From Candidatus Omnitrophota bacterium (GTDB taxonomy: Bacteria > Omnitrophota > Gorgyraeia > JACQQV01): a DNA stretch of 28,876 nt. Shown piece by piece: positions 7,083 to 16,217 of the stretch. Position 1 is the first letter of the stretch. Every line of letters begins with the position of its first letter. Location: NCBI GenBank assembly GCA_043823025.1, contig JBDRBD010000042.1, forward strand, positions 1-28,876, read 5' to 3'. Both the position numbers and the translations under genes were made by a program. Under the pieces are notes generated by a model, which saw only the letters and a list, made by a program, of their open reading frames with translations, had not been told where the DNA came from and ran no database searches.

Positions 7083-8913
7083 ACAAACGCCCAAAACTTT
7101 CCTTCGACCCTGGTTCGTCTGGATGTTTTTATCGGCCCTTGCGGCTTTGGTGGAATATGATATTGCGGCGATGAGCTCCAGGGCCTTTTCGCAATATTTA
7201 AGAGACCTTCCGCTTTTTTCCCTTTATCTGGATCTTTTGGGTGTCTTTTTGATTTATGCGGCAGTCGGCGCTCTCGGACGATGCATGGCGTGGGGCGTTG
7301 CGCGGCTCAGAGGAAAGGAGGGGGAAAGTTTTCTGGTCAAAAACGGCGTCGCTCTTTTCAGCGCCCTGGCTATTTTCATTTACGGATTTTGGGGTCTTCG
7401 GAAGTTTTTCTATCTGAAGGGGATTTTGAGCTGGCTTGGGCTCGCGGCGGCGTCAGGGGGGGTCTTGATCTTTGCAGGGTTTTTGGGATGTACCTTTCAG
7501 AGGATATTCACGGGCCGGAAGGCCCGGGAATGTGCAGCGCTTCTTATTCTCGTGACGCTGGCGATTCCGCCCATCCTGCGCCTCGTTCCACCCGACATGG
7601 CGTCGGCAAGCGGTGTTCCGAATGTCATTCTCCTTTCAGTCGATACTCTTCGGCCGGACCATTTAGGATCGTTGGGATACAAGAATGCGAAAACTCCCAA
7701 CGTCAATCGGCTTGTCTCCGAGGGATTTCTTTTCCGTCAGGCCTATGCTCAGATTCCTTTGACTGGTCCTTCCTTCACTTCGATTTTGACCGGTCTTTAT
7801 CCAAAGACCCACGGATGCCGACAGAATCTTTCGGTTTTGGATCCTTCCTTTGTCACGTTGGCTGAGGCGTTCAAGAACTTGGGATACCGAACGGCGGCTT
7901 TTGTGAGCGGGTATCCTTTGAAACAAGAACTGTGCGGCCTTTCCAACGGATTTTATCTTTATCAGGACCGTTTTTCCTTCTTTGACGGATTCAAGCTGTT
8001 GCGCTTTTTGGAACGGTTCGGGTTCGTGGAGCTTCAGCTTGAGCGTCGGGCTGAAATGGTCAGCCGTCTTGCGATTCCGTGGATGCGCCGTTATAAAAAA
8101 GACTCCTTGTTTGTCTGGATTCATTACTACGATCCGCACGTCCCTTACCGGCCGCCGCTTCTTTACTCAAAAGAAAACATGAAACTGCGGCAGGAGACCC
8201 GGCATCAACGGTACTGGTGGGGAAAAGGGAAGGAGGCAGTATCGCCCGAGGCTGTTGGCGCCATGACGGCACTCTATGATGCCGAAATCACCTATGTGGA
8301 CCAGGACATCGGACGGATCCTTTCATTTTTGGAACGGGAAGGGCTGAAGAAGGAGACGCTGATCGTTTTTGTTTCGGATCACGGTGAGAGTTTTGACCAC
8401 GATTATTATTTTGACCACGGAGACCGGCTGTATGAATCATGCATCCGGGTCCCCCTCGCGCTCGTTTATCCAGGCGTGGTGCCGAAGGGCGTTGTGACGG
8501 ACGAAATTGTCGAAAGCGTTGACATTTTCCCGACGGTTTTCTCGATTTTGAAACTCCCCACCCGGGATGTGGACGGGAAAGACCTGTTTGTCAAGCTCCT
8601 TTCGAAGACGATCCCGCAGGCCTACTCGGAACTTTCCCGTCGGGGGAGTTGTTCTACCTTTGGGGATCTTTGGTCAGTACGCCAAGGACCCTGGAAATTG
8701 ATTTACTCCCCCGAAGGCCGGCCGCCGGAGTTGTATCATCTTGGGAAAGACCCCGGCGAGAGTGTGAATTTGTCTTCGACAGAGGCGGAGCGCACCAAGC
8801 GAATGACAGAACAACTGATTCAATGGATGAGACCGGAAGGGAAGGAGTCCTTGCCAAGGCCTGTCGGAGGATTGGATCGTGAAAAATTGAGGAGTCTGGG
8901 GTACCTCCAGTGA
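7066..8913 (+). CDS. Membrane-anchored sulfatase-like (alkaline phosphatase superfamily) enzyme with a Thr nucleophile
   Basis: ATG at 7066 after GAGGTGG. About 5 N-terminal TM segments, then PNVILLSVDTLRPDHL, IPLTGPSFTSILTG, HYYDPHVPY, VSDHGESF, C-terminal LRSLGY. Confidence 0.88.
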   Translation: MPNRPKQTPKTFLRPWFVWMFLSALAALVEYDIAAMSSRAFSQYLRDLPLFSLYLDLLGVFLIYAAVGALGRCMAWGVARLRGKEGESFLVKNGVALFSALAIFIYGFWGLRKFFYLKGILSWLGLAAASGGVLIFAGFLGCTFQRIFTGRKARECAALLILVTLAIPPILRLVPPDMASASGVPNVILLSVDTLRPDHLGSLGYKNAKTPNVNRLVSEGFLFRQAYAQIPLTGPSFTSILTGLYPKTHGCRQNLSVLDPSFVTLAEAFKNLGYRTAAFVSGYPLKQELCGLSNGFYLYQDRFSFFDGFKLLRFLERFGFVELQLERRAEMVSRLAIPWMRRYKKDSLFVWIHYYDPHVPYRPPLLYSKENMKLRQETRHQRYWWGKGKEAVSPEAVGAMTALYDAEITYVDQDIGRILSFLEREGLKKETLIVFVSDHGESFDHDYYFDHGDRLYESCIRVPLALVYPGVVPKGVVTDEIVESVDIFPTVFSILKLPTRDVDGKDLFVKLLSKTIPQAYSELSRRGSCSTFGDLWSVRQGPWKLIYSPEGRPPELYHLGKDPGESVNLSSTEAERTKRMTEQLIQWMRPEGKESLPRPVGGLDREKLRSLGYLQ

Positions 8914-9956
8914 CGGAAACAGCCGAGAGGCCTTTACGTGTCAGCGTCGTCATTCCTGTCCGGAACGGAGAAGCAACCATCATGGCCTGCTTGAACAGTC
9001 TTGCTTGCCAGGACCAGCGTCCGGACGAAGTCGTGGTCGTCGAGAACGGTTCGGAGGACAATACCGTCTCCCTTGTCAAGGAGTGGATGCTGACGCAGCC
9101 CGGCCTTCATCCCAGTCTTGTGGTGGAGTCCGCCTGCGGCCCCTCCGCCGCCCGCAACCGGGGCGTCGAAGCAGCCAAGGGCGATGTAATTGCCTTTCTG
9201 GACGCGGATTGCATCGCACCGCCCGATTGGCTCAGAAACATTTCAAGCGAGATGAGTCAGGGGGTAGGGGCTGTCGGAGGGCCCTACGAAGGTATTTCCC
9301 TTCCGTCCATTGAGAAATACGCCTCCATGAGCTGGTTTTTGGAAAGCCATCCTTCGACTTATGCGCTTTCAAGTCCTTTTGTTTCGCGTTTCCTCTTGGG
9401 GGGAAACATGGCTCTTTTCCGGAAGGATTTTGCAAACATCGGAGGATTCGATGAAACGCTTCATGTCGGCGAAGACCTGGATCTATCCTTCCGGCTCAAA
9501 AAAGCGGGGACCGTTCTGAAATATCTTCCGGATCTTGCCGTGACGCACAAAACGCATTCTTCTTTTTCCAAAAGGGTCTCCCGCGCCTTATCACACGGGA
9601 TGCTCCAGGCCCGTATCGCAAAAAGGGATTTCCCTCATCTTTTGCTCGTCTCGGCGTTCAAAAAATCATGGTGCATTTCTTTCCCCGCGACGGTAGCGCT
9701 GGAGCTCTCATCGCTCACAAAAATTCTGTGCGGCTTGACGCTCATCGCCTGGATGCGGCCTGCGTGGGGGCTTTTGCTTTTTTTCATATTGGTGGTTTTG
9801 TGGGGGTTCAGAATGACCTTCGGTCTTTTACGCCTCAGGGTTCCGGTGACGTTCGCGGACGTAGTCGCCCTCCCGCTGGGATGGGGCGTTGCCCGTTTGG
9901 CAACGGAAACCGGCCGGCTCATAGGCTCGGTACGCCACAACGTCTTCTGTTGGTGA
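8910..9956 (+). CDS. GT2 glycosyltransferase with C-terminal membrane segments
   Basis: GTGA overlap with the upstream stop. VSVVIPVRN, GPSAARNRG, IAFLDADC, GGFDETLHVGEDLDLSFRL. Confidence 0.92.
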   Translation: MTETAERPLRVSVVIPVRNGEATIMACLNSLACQDQRPDEVVVVENGSEDNTVSLVKEWMLTQPGLHPSLVVESACGPSAARNRGVEAAKGDVIAFLDADCIAPPDWLRNISSEMSQGVGAVGGPYEGISLPSIEKYASMSWFLESHPSTYALSSPFVSRFLLGGNMALFRKDFANIGGFDETLHVGEDLDLSFRLKKAGTVLKYLPDLAVTHKTHSSFSKRVSRALSHGMLQARIAKRDFPHLLLVSAFKKSWCISFPATVALELSSLTKILCGLTLIAWMRPAWGLLLFFILVVLWGFRMTFGLLRLRVPVTFADVVALPLGWGVARLATETGRLIGSVRHNVFCW

Positions 9957-9961
9957 ATGCG

Positions 9962-11830
9962 ATGAGAAAAAAATGGCCCTTTTACCTGATGCCGGCGTTT
10001 GCCGTTTACCTATTGAGCCTTCTTCTGGTTTCTCCTCTCTATGAGTTTCCGATCGGAGACGCCTGGGTCTACGCAAAAGTCGCAAAACACTTTTACGAAA
10101 CGGGCCAATTCCTCATTCTCCCATGGTATGGGCAGAGTCTTTTGGTGCAAATCGGATGGGCGTATCTTTTTCTTCTGCCCTTTGGCTTCTCGTTCTCCGC
10201 GCTCAATCTCTCAAGCGTTGCGATGGGGGTCCTGGCGATCCTTTTTTTCAATTGCCTGATGAAGACCCTTCATTTCCGGCGGGGGGAGCGGCTTTGGGGA
10301 TGCCTCCTCTTTGTCATCAGCCCTCCGTTCATCCATCTGAGTCATTCATTCCACACGGACCTTTCTTTTCTGGCGCTTTATCTGGCGGCGGCCTGGATGA
10401 TTCTGGAAGCACTCCCCCGGCGCTCCGGCGCATGGCTTTTGGCCGGGAATGTCCTCTTGGGGTCAGCACTTTTGGTGCGGCAAGTTGGGATTTTCCTTCC
10501 GCTCGTCCTTCTTTTCGTGCTCCACCGGGAACGTCATCGCTGGAAGCTTTGGCAGAGACTCATTCCCCTGATTCCTTTCCTCATGCTGGGGGCCTTTACG
10601 CTCTGGCAGCGCGCCTACTTTCAGCGAACCCCTCCGGCCAATCTCCTGCTCCTTGCCTATGCGCTTCGAACCGACAAGATTCTTTTGGACTGCCTCCGCA
10701 TCCCGTTCTTTTTGCTGCTGTATTTTGGGTATTATGGGAGCCCCCTTTTGGTATTTTGCGCCACCAGTCTCGTCCGGAAGAGAAAAATCTACCCGTCGTT
10801 GTGGCGTTTGTTCCTTCTGAGCTGGTTTGCGTTGGGAACCGTCATTTTGTTCGTCGGCTTCAGGCGGGGAGTCTGGATGCCCGATTATCTTCCCAGGGGG
10901 TTCCAACTCCTGGGGGCCGAGTTTTATCCTCATTTTCTGGTGACGCTGAGCGGCATGACGGGCGGCGCGCTCCTTTTCGCCGTTTATTATCAGCATCTTT
11001 TCAAGCGGCTCGACAGGGTGCACTTGAAGTGGATTTGGGGGATCTGTTTCGGGACGCTCCTTGTGCTTCTTTTACCGCCGGTCCGGAAAGGACTCTTGTC
11101 TTTGGGGAGTGTGCTCTTGCCGCCTTGCTACGCTTTTTTCTCCGAAAGAATCCATCTTTATCAGGGCCTTTGCGCCTGGCAGGCGCAGCTTCCCCTTTTA
11201 TACCGGAATGCGCTTTTCGGATTCGCAGGGCTTGTGTTTGCGGGAGGGGTATTTTTATTCGGAATTCCTTTTGTGGTGGCCCTTCCGGATCGGCAGCCGC
11301 CGCTCCATCCGATGGGAAAAGCGGAAAAAATCTTTCATGCCGCGAGTTTCTTGTATCTGGTCTTGCTTCTTTTGCTCCCCGTGACGACGGACCGATACTT
11401 TTTTCCCGTGTTTCCGTCGGCGATCCTGCTTGTCTTAAGGGTCAGCCGCGCCATTCCGTATCAGAAAGTCGGCGCATCCCTTTTCGTTCTCTGCGTCTTG
11501 GTTCCGGCGCTCCTCCACACCGACCGTTTGATTCAGCGGGTCGGGGGGCTCTGGGAAGGAGGCGAGTGGTTACTACACCGGGGGATTGCTGCCGAGCAGA
11601 TTGACGGCGGATTTGTCTTTAACGGATGGCATCTGTACGAGAAACGCCTCCGTGAAGGATTCGAAGGGACCGACCGGGGGTGGCGCAAGACAGGCTGGTG
11701 GGTGACGGATGGTCTCTATCGCGTCAGAGAGGCCCCCCCCGAAGGGGGATATGAAGTGGTCCATCAATTTCCTTTTCGTGACCTGTTGACGCCCGAAGAG
11801 GATTTCATTTACGTCAGCCGGAGAAAATAA
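9962..11830 (+). CDS. GT-C (ArnT/PMT-like, GT39/GT83-type) membrane glycosyltransferase
   Basis: First periplasmic loop EFPIGDAWVYAKVAKHF (D-x-W-x-Y type), SHSFHTDLSFL, LVRQ, more than 10 TMs, and a C-terminal loop IDGGFVFNGW. Alternative GTG start at 9953 overlaps the upstream TGA. Confidence 0.75.
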   Translation: MRKKWPFYLMPAFAVYLLSLLLVSPLYEFPIGDAWVYAKVAKHFYETGQFLILPWYGQSLLVQIGWAYLFLLPFGFSFSALNLSSVAMGVLAILFFNCLMKTLHFRRGERLWGCLLFVISPPFIHLSHSFHTDLSFLALYLAAAWMILEALPRRSGAWLLAGNVLLGSALLVRQVGIFLPLVLLFVLHRERHRWKLWQRLIPLIPFLMLGAFTLWQRAYFQRTPPANLLLLAYALRTDKILLDCLRIPFFLLLYFGYYGSPLLVFCATSLVRKRKIYPSLWRLFLLSWFALGTVILFVGFRRGVWMPDYLPRGFQLLGAEFYPHFLVTLSGMTGGALLFAVYYQHLFKRLDRVHLKWIWGICFGTLLVLLLPPVRKGLLSLGSVLLPPCYAFFSERIHLYQGLCAWQAQLPLLYRNALFGFAGLVFAGGVFLFGIPFVVALPDRQPPLHPMGKAEKIFHAASFLYLVLLLLLPVTTDRYFFPVFPSAILLVLRVSRAIPYQKVGASLFVLCVLVPALLHTDRLIQRVGGLWEGGEWLLHRGIAAEQIDGGFVFNGWHLYEKRLREGFEGTDRGWRKTGWWVTDGLYRVREAPPEGGYEVVHQFPFRDLLTPEEDFIYVSRRK

Positions 11831-11833
11831 GAG

Positions 11834-13222
11834 ATGGCGCTTGTTGTCATTGCGCTTTTGGGTCTTTTGATCGGTTTCGGACTGGTGTATCTGCCGGCAA
11901 AGGCCGCCTTCGCCATTCCGCTCGTGATGCTTTTTTTGGTTCTCGGTCTTCTTTTCCCTTTTATCCTGGTCATCTTTCTTCTGGGGTTGACCCCTTTTCG
12001 GATCCTCTGGCTGGCAGGCGGGATTTCGCCTCAGGAACTTTTCTACAGCGTGACCTTTCTCGGTTTTTTGGGCTTTTCGGTTCTTCGGAAATTTCTGCGG
12101 AAAACCGACCCCTCCTATCCGACGTGGAATACGCCGGTAGCCCTCCCCATTTTTTGTATGGGGCTTCTGGGGCTTTGGGGCGCGGCCGTGGCAGTCCTGC
12201 GGGGCCACGCGTTTGCCTATTGGGCCAGCGACCTGAATTTTATCCTCTTTTTCTGGCTTTACTTTGTGGTGGCGGTGAATTTCAAAGGGCCCGGTGAGAT
12301 TTACCGGGTCTTCTGGCCCACCTTGTGGATTACGGCGGGAGTGGTGGTGTGGGGATTCATCCGTCGTCTCCAGGCGGGAGGTCTTTTTGCGGGGATCACG
12401 CCGGGATTCCCCCGCGCGATGGCTTTTAGCAGCAGTTTTTTCATTCTGTGTCTCTGCCTCTTTTTGTTTTCGGAGCCCGGGCGTCTGCGTCGACGAGGAT
12501 TTTTCTGGCTCACCGTTTTTTTCGGGGCGCATCAGTTTTTGTCGTTTGTGCGCGTTGCCTGGGTTTCTCAACTCGGAACGGCCGGGTTTCTTCTCCTTGC
12601 CCTTCCTCTCTCGGAAAAACAGCGATATTTACGGTGGATAGGGGTGTTCCTTGTTCTGACGGCGATTGTCGTTATCGTCGCTTGGATGCTGCCGACGGAC
12701 AATCTATTGGTCAAAGCCCCGATTCATTTGACGAACCGCGTGATGTCCGTTTTCACCGACACGACGGGCTCAGGGGCCACCATGCGGACGCGCTATTCCG
12801 AGTGGGGAGCCGCACTCCGGAAATATGCGGAGCATCCCTTTCTTGGAAACGGACTGGGGACTGAAATCCGGTTTGTCCGGTACGATTTTGCCAAGATGCC
12901 CGTCACTACCGAACGGTACATCCACTCCAGTTACATCTATTATTTGCTGAACACCGGGCCCTTGGGACTTTTGGTATTCATCTGGTTTTGTCTTTCTGCC
13001 TTCCGGTACGGCTTGGAGGTGTACCGGAAACTGCCGGTTTCAGAGCTCAAGGGACTTGCGCTGGGATTTTCGGCCGCGTTTGTGTTTCAGATTTTTTCCT
13101 CGATTGCGGGGAATGAATTGAATAACCCCTCCCGCACCATCTGGACGGGATTTTTCCTCGGCGCGCTGACGGTGATAGATCAATGGGCCAGGCGGCAGGG
13201 ATTTTCGGAGAAACTCAAATGA
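11834..13222 (+). CDS. O-antigen ligase / Wzy-like polymerase family protein
   Basis: Multi-TM protein with a periplasmic loop TRYSEWGAALRKYAEHPFLGNGLG and HSSYIYYLLNTGPLG (Wzy_C H-N/S-x-Y...G motif). Position with wzx/PCP/OPX favours a polymerase role. Confidence 0.82.
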   Translation: MALVVIALLGLLIGFGLVYLPAKAAFAIPLVMLFLVLGLLFPFILVIFLLGLTPFRILWLAGGISPQELFYSVTFLGFLGFSVLRKFLRKTDPSYPTWNTPVALPIFCMGLLGLWGAAVAVLRGHAFAYWASDLNFILFFWLYFVVAVNFKGPGEIYRVFWPTLWITAGVVVWGFIRRLQAGGLFAGITPGFPRAMAFSSSFFILCLCLFLFSEPGRLRRRGFFWLTVFFGAHQFLSFVRVAWVSQLGTAGFLLLALPLSEKQRYLRWIGVFLVLTAIVVIVAWMLPTDNLLVKAPIHLTNRVMSVFTDTTGSGATMRTRYSEWGAALRKYAEHPFLGNGLGTEIRFVRYDFAKMPVTTERYIHSSYIYYLLNTGPLGLLVFIWFCLSAFRYGLEVYRKLPVSELKGLALGFSAAFVFQIFSSIAGNELNNPSRTIWTGFFLGALTVIDQWARRQGFSEKLK

Positions 13223-14133
13223 CGGCCCCGAAACTCCTCATTATCGTGTTGAATTATAATCAGGAAGAAGTGCTGGCCCAGTGTCTTTTGCGCCTCGGGA
13301 AGGTCGCCTACCGGCCTTTTGAAGTCCTTGTCGTGGACAACGGATCGAGGAAGAATCCGGAGCGGCTCCTGAAGTCCCGTTATCCCGGCGTCCACCGGAT
13401 GGTTCTTCCGGACAACGTCGGCTTCGCGGGCGGATGCAATCACGGCATCCGATGGGCCCTTTCCCAGGGCTTCGACGCCGTCGTTCTTTTGAATAACGAC
13501 GCTGTCACCCGGCCCGATTTCTTGGAAAAGATGGTTCAAAGTGCCTATGGGGACCCGAAGATCGGCGTGGTGGGCGGTGTCGTTTACCGCTCGGCGGACC
13601 TTTCGAGGCCTTATCTGGCCGGCATGCGCTTTGACTTTTTCAGAGCAAAGGTCAAGCGCCTTTTGCCCAGCGGTGCATCCGCGTATTCTATTCCCGTTGT
13701 GAGCGGAAGCTGTTTTTTGGTGAAGGCAGAGGTGCTCGAGGAAATCGGCCATTTGGACGAGCGATTTTTCATCTATTTTGAAGAAACCGACTTTTGTTAC
13801 CGGGCGTTGAAACAGGGCATTCGGGTTGTGGTGGATCCTCAGGTCAAAGTACAACATGAACACGGCTCGACCTTTGGTCCGGAAAGCCCCGCGCTCCAGT
13901 ATCTTTATACGCGGAACCGGCTTCTTTTTATTTCAAAACAGTGTCCGTCGTGGATGCGGCCCTGGAGCTTCACCGTGAGGATCCTCAAGGATCTGGTGAG
14001 AATACTCTTTTCTTTGTTAAGAGGAAGGATACCTGTGGCGCGGGCAGTGGGATACGCCCTGGTAGATTATCGGAAGGGCCGGTTCGGGAAAGGGAGGCTT
14101 GACTGTTTTTTCCATGGCCAAAGTGGATCCTGA
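13219..14133 (+). CDS. GT2 glycosyltransferase (WbbL/rhamnosyltransferase-like)
   Basis: ATGA overlap. IIVLNYN, VVDNGS, NVGFAGGCNHG, LLNNDAV, SGSCFLVK, LDERFFIYFEETDFCYRA. Confidence 0.93.
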   Translation: MTAPKLLIIVLNYNQEEVLAQCLLRLGKVAYRPFEVLVVDNGSRKNPERLLKSRYPGVHRMVLPDNVGFAGGCNHGIRWALSQGFDAVVLLNNDAVTRPDFLEKMVQSAYGDPKIGVVGGVVYRSADLSRPYLAGMRFDFFRAKVKRLLPSGASAYSIPVVSGSCFLVKAEVLEEIGHLDERFFIYFEETDFCYRALKQGIRVVVDPQVKVQHEHGSTFGPESPALQYLYTRNRLLFISKQCPSWMRPWSFTVRILKDLVRILFSLLRGRIPVARAVGYALVDYRKGRFGKGRLDCFFHGQSGS

Positions 14134-15052
14134 CGTTGCCATTGTCGTCCCCATTCTGAACGAGGAAGCAACCATCGTTCGTTTATTGGTGTCCTTTGAG
14201 ACATTGACGCTTTATCCGAAAGAAGTGATTCTCGTGGATGGGGGATCCAAAGACCGGACGGTTGAATGCATCAACCGATACCTGGAGGCCAAAAAACTTC
14301 CCTATGAGCTCCAGGTCATGGTTCTCCCGAAGGCGTTGCCGGGTCGCGGCCGCAACGAGGGAATTCGCAAAACTCAGTGCCCCCTGGTGGCCTGTACCGA
14401 TGCCGGAGGACATGTGGACCCTTCCTGGCTGGAGGATCTCACGAGCCCCCTGAAGGAAGACCCGGCGTGCGACATGGTGGTGGGAAACTGCAGACCGGCA
14501 CCCTCTAGTTTTTTTGAGCGGTGCACCTTCTACGTGACCATCGAAAGCTCGTTCCGGAAGCAATTTATCTTTTTTGGGGGCGCTTCCATTGCGTTTCGCA
14601 GAACGCTTTGGGAAAAAGTGGGAGGATATCCGGAAACGCTTTATCCTTGTGAAGACAAAGCGTTTTTGAGGAAGGTGAAGGAAGGCAAGTTTCTCGTGCG
14701 TCTTTCAGAACGCGCCCTCATCTATTGGAGAAGCCGCCCCCATTTCTGGGACTTTCTCAAGCAGTATTTTCTTTACGGCCGCGGGGACGGGGAAGGAGGC
14801 TTTGTACCGCACCGGTATTTTCTCAGGGCGCTTTTCTACGGAATTCTTTTTGTCTTCCTGTCCCAAGGCAGGATAGATTGGATGCTTGTGTTTCTGTTGG
14901 GCTATCTCGGCTTTCTCACCATCAAGGCCTTCCTGGTGTTGAAAGATCTCCGCGTTTTTTTGGTTCTTCCCGTCCTTTTTCTGGTCAAGGATTTTTCGCA
15001 GCTTTTTGGTTATGTCGTCGGGAAATTCCGGAGGCTCCGTGGAACGGATTAA
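14114..15052 (+). CDS. GT2 glycosyltransferase with C-terminal TMs
   Basis: IVVPILNEE, LVDGGSKD, GRGRNEGI, ACTDAG, GGYPETLYPCED, QYFLYGRGD. Confidence 0.92.
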   Translation: MAKVDPDVAIVVPILNEEATIVRLLVSFETLTLYPKEVILVDGGSKDRTVECINRYLEAKKLPYELQVMVLPKALPGRGRNEGIRKTQCPLVACTDAGGHVDPSWLEDLTSPLKEDPACDMVVGNCRPAPSSFFERCTFYVTIESSFRKQFIFFGGASIAFRRTLWEKVGGYPETLYPCEDKAFLRKVKEGKFLVRLSERALIYWRSRPHFWDFLKQYFLYGRGDGEGGFVPHRYFLRALFYGILFVFLSQGRIDWMLVFLLGYLGFLTIKAFLVLKDLRVFLVLPVLFLVKDFSQLFGYVVGKFRRLRGTD

Positions 15053-16217
15053 AATCCTTTACGTCTCCCAGGCAACAGGCGGCGTCAAGCGCCACATTAC
15101 ATTTCTGGTCCAGCGCCTGGACCCGAGCCGCTACGAGATCGCCGGCTGTTTTCCTCCGCAGGATCGGATCAAAGGGGCGGCTTCAAACAAGGAGACTTAT
15201 TTTGATGTATTCCAAAAGCGGGGGCTTCGGGCCATTCCGCTGGATATGTACCGGGAAATCCATCCGATTCAAGACCTCCGGGCTTTTCTGAAGCTTTTCC
15301 GCATTCTGAGGCGGGAAAGGTGGGATATCGTCCATACCCACAGCTCCAAGGCCGGTTTTCTGGGGCGGATTGCCGCACGAGTCGCTGGCGTTCCGGTCGT
15401 GGTTCACACGCCGAACGCGTTTGCGTTTGACCGGCCGCCCCACTCCTTCCTGAACCCCTTTTACGTGTTTCTTGAAAAAATGGCGGGTTATTTCTGTGAT
15501 GCGTTAATCGCCGTTTCCGATTCCGAGGAGCAGCTGGCGGGGCAGGCCGGGGTGGTTTCCGCGAAAAAGATCATCTGCATCCCGAACGGAATCGATTTGG
15601 AAGAGATGAGTTGTGAAGTTGACCCGCAAGCAAAAAAACGGATGTTGGGCCTTCCGGAAAATAAACCCATGATTCTGACCATTGGGCGCTTTGCGCCCCA
15701 AAAGGCACCCGGTCTATTTATTGAAAGCGCCAAGCAGATTCTGGCCCAGAGGAGCGACGTCAGTTTTGTCATGGTAGGGGACGGGCCTCTCTTGCAAAGG
15801 GTGAAAGACCGCATTCAGAAGGAAGGACTCCAGAATCACCTTTTTCTTTTCGGCTGGCGCTCGGATGTCAAAGAGATCCTCGCTGCGTGCGATATCTATG
15901 TCCTTTCGTCGCTGTGGGAGGGTCTTCCGTATACCGTCCTTGAAGCCATGGCGCTGGCCAAGCCGGTGGTCGCGACCGCGGCGCGCGGCACGCGGGATGC
16001 AGTCCGGGACGGTGTGACGGGGTTTTTGGTGGGTCTCCGCGACGAAAAAACAATGGCCGGAAAACTCTTGAAGCTCCTTTCGGAACCGGATCTCGCCCGA
16101 GGTATGGGCCAACAGGGCCGCCTTTTGGTGGAAAAGGAATTCACCATCGGCCCCCATGTCCAGAAAACGGACTTGTTGTATCAGCGTCTCTTGTCCGAAA
16201 AACAAAAGCGCCCATGA
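15039..16217 (+). CDS. GT4 glycosyltransferase
   Basis: GTG at 15039 after GGAGG. IVHTHSSKAGFLGRIAA, IPNGID, GRFAPQKAP, GWRSDV, SSLWEGLPYTVLEAMA. Confidence 0.95.
   Translation: MERIKILYVSQATGGVKRHITFLVQRLDPSRYEIAGCFPPQDRIKGAASNKETYFDVFQKRGLRAIPLDMYREIHPIQDLRAFLKLFRILRRERWDIVHTHSSKAGFLGRIAARVAGVPVVVHTPNAFAFDRPPHSFLNPFYVFLEKMAGYFCDALIAVSDSEEQLAGQAGVVSAKKIICIPNGIDLEEMSCEVDPQAKKRMLGLPENKPMILTIGRFAPQKAPGLFIESAKQILAQRSDVSFVMVGDGPLLQRVKDRIQKEGLQNHLFLFGWRSDVKEILAACDIYVLSSLWEGLPYTVLEAMALAKPVVATAARGTRDAVRDGVTGFLVGLRDEKTMAGKLLKLLSEPDLARGMGQQGRLLVEKEFTIGPHVQKTDLLYQRLLSEKQKRP

Noticed and set aside
7066-8913. Calling this gene a true arylsulfatase
   Set aside because: It lacks the C/S-x-P-x-R formylglycine signature, and no maturation enzyme is in the window.
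10123-11604. 493-aa alternative-frame + ORF inside the GT-C gene
   Set aside because: Ser/Pro/Arg/Ala-rich with no motifs or SD. Long off-frame ORFs are expected in GC-rich genes for hydrophobic proteins.
11573-12571. Long antisense ORFs (also 1218-2072, 16181-17011, 23438-24619)
   Set aside because: Each fully overlaps a well-supported + strand gene. Their Lys/Arg/Gln-rich composition mirrors the T-rich codons on the other strand.
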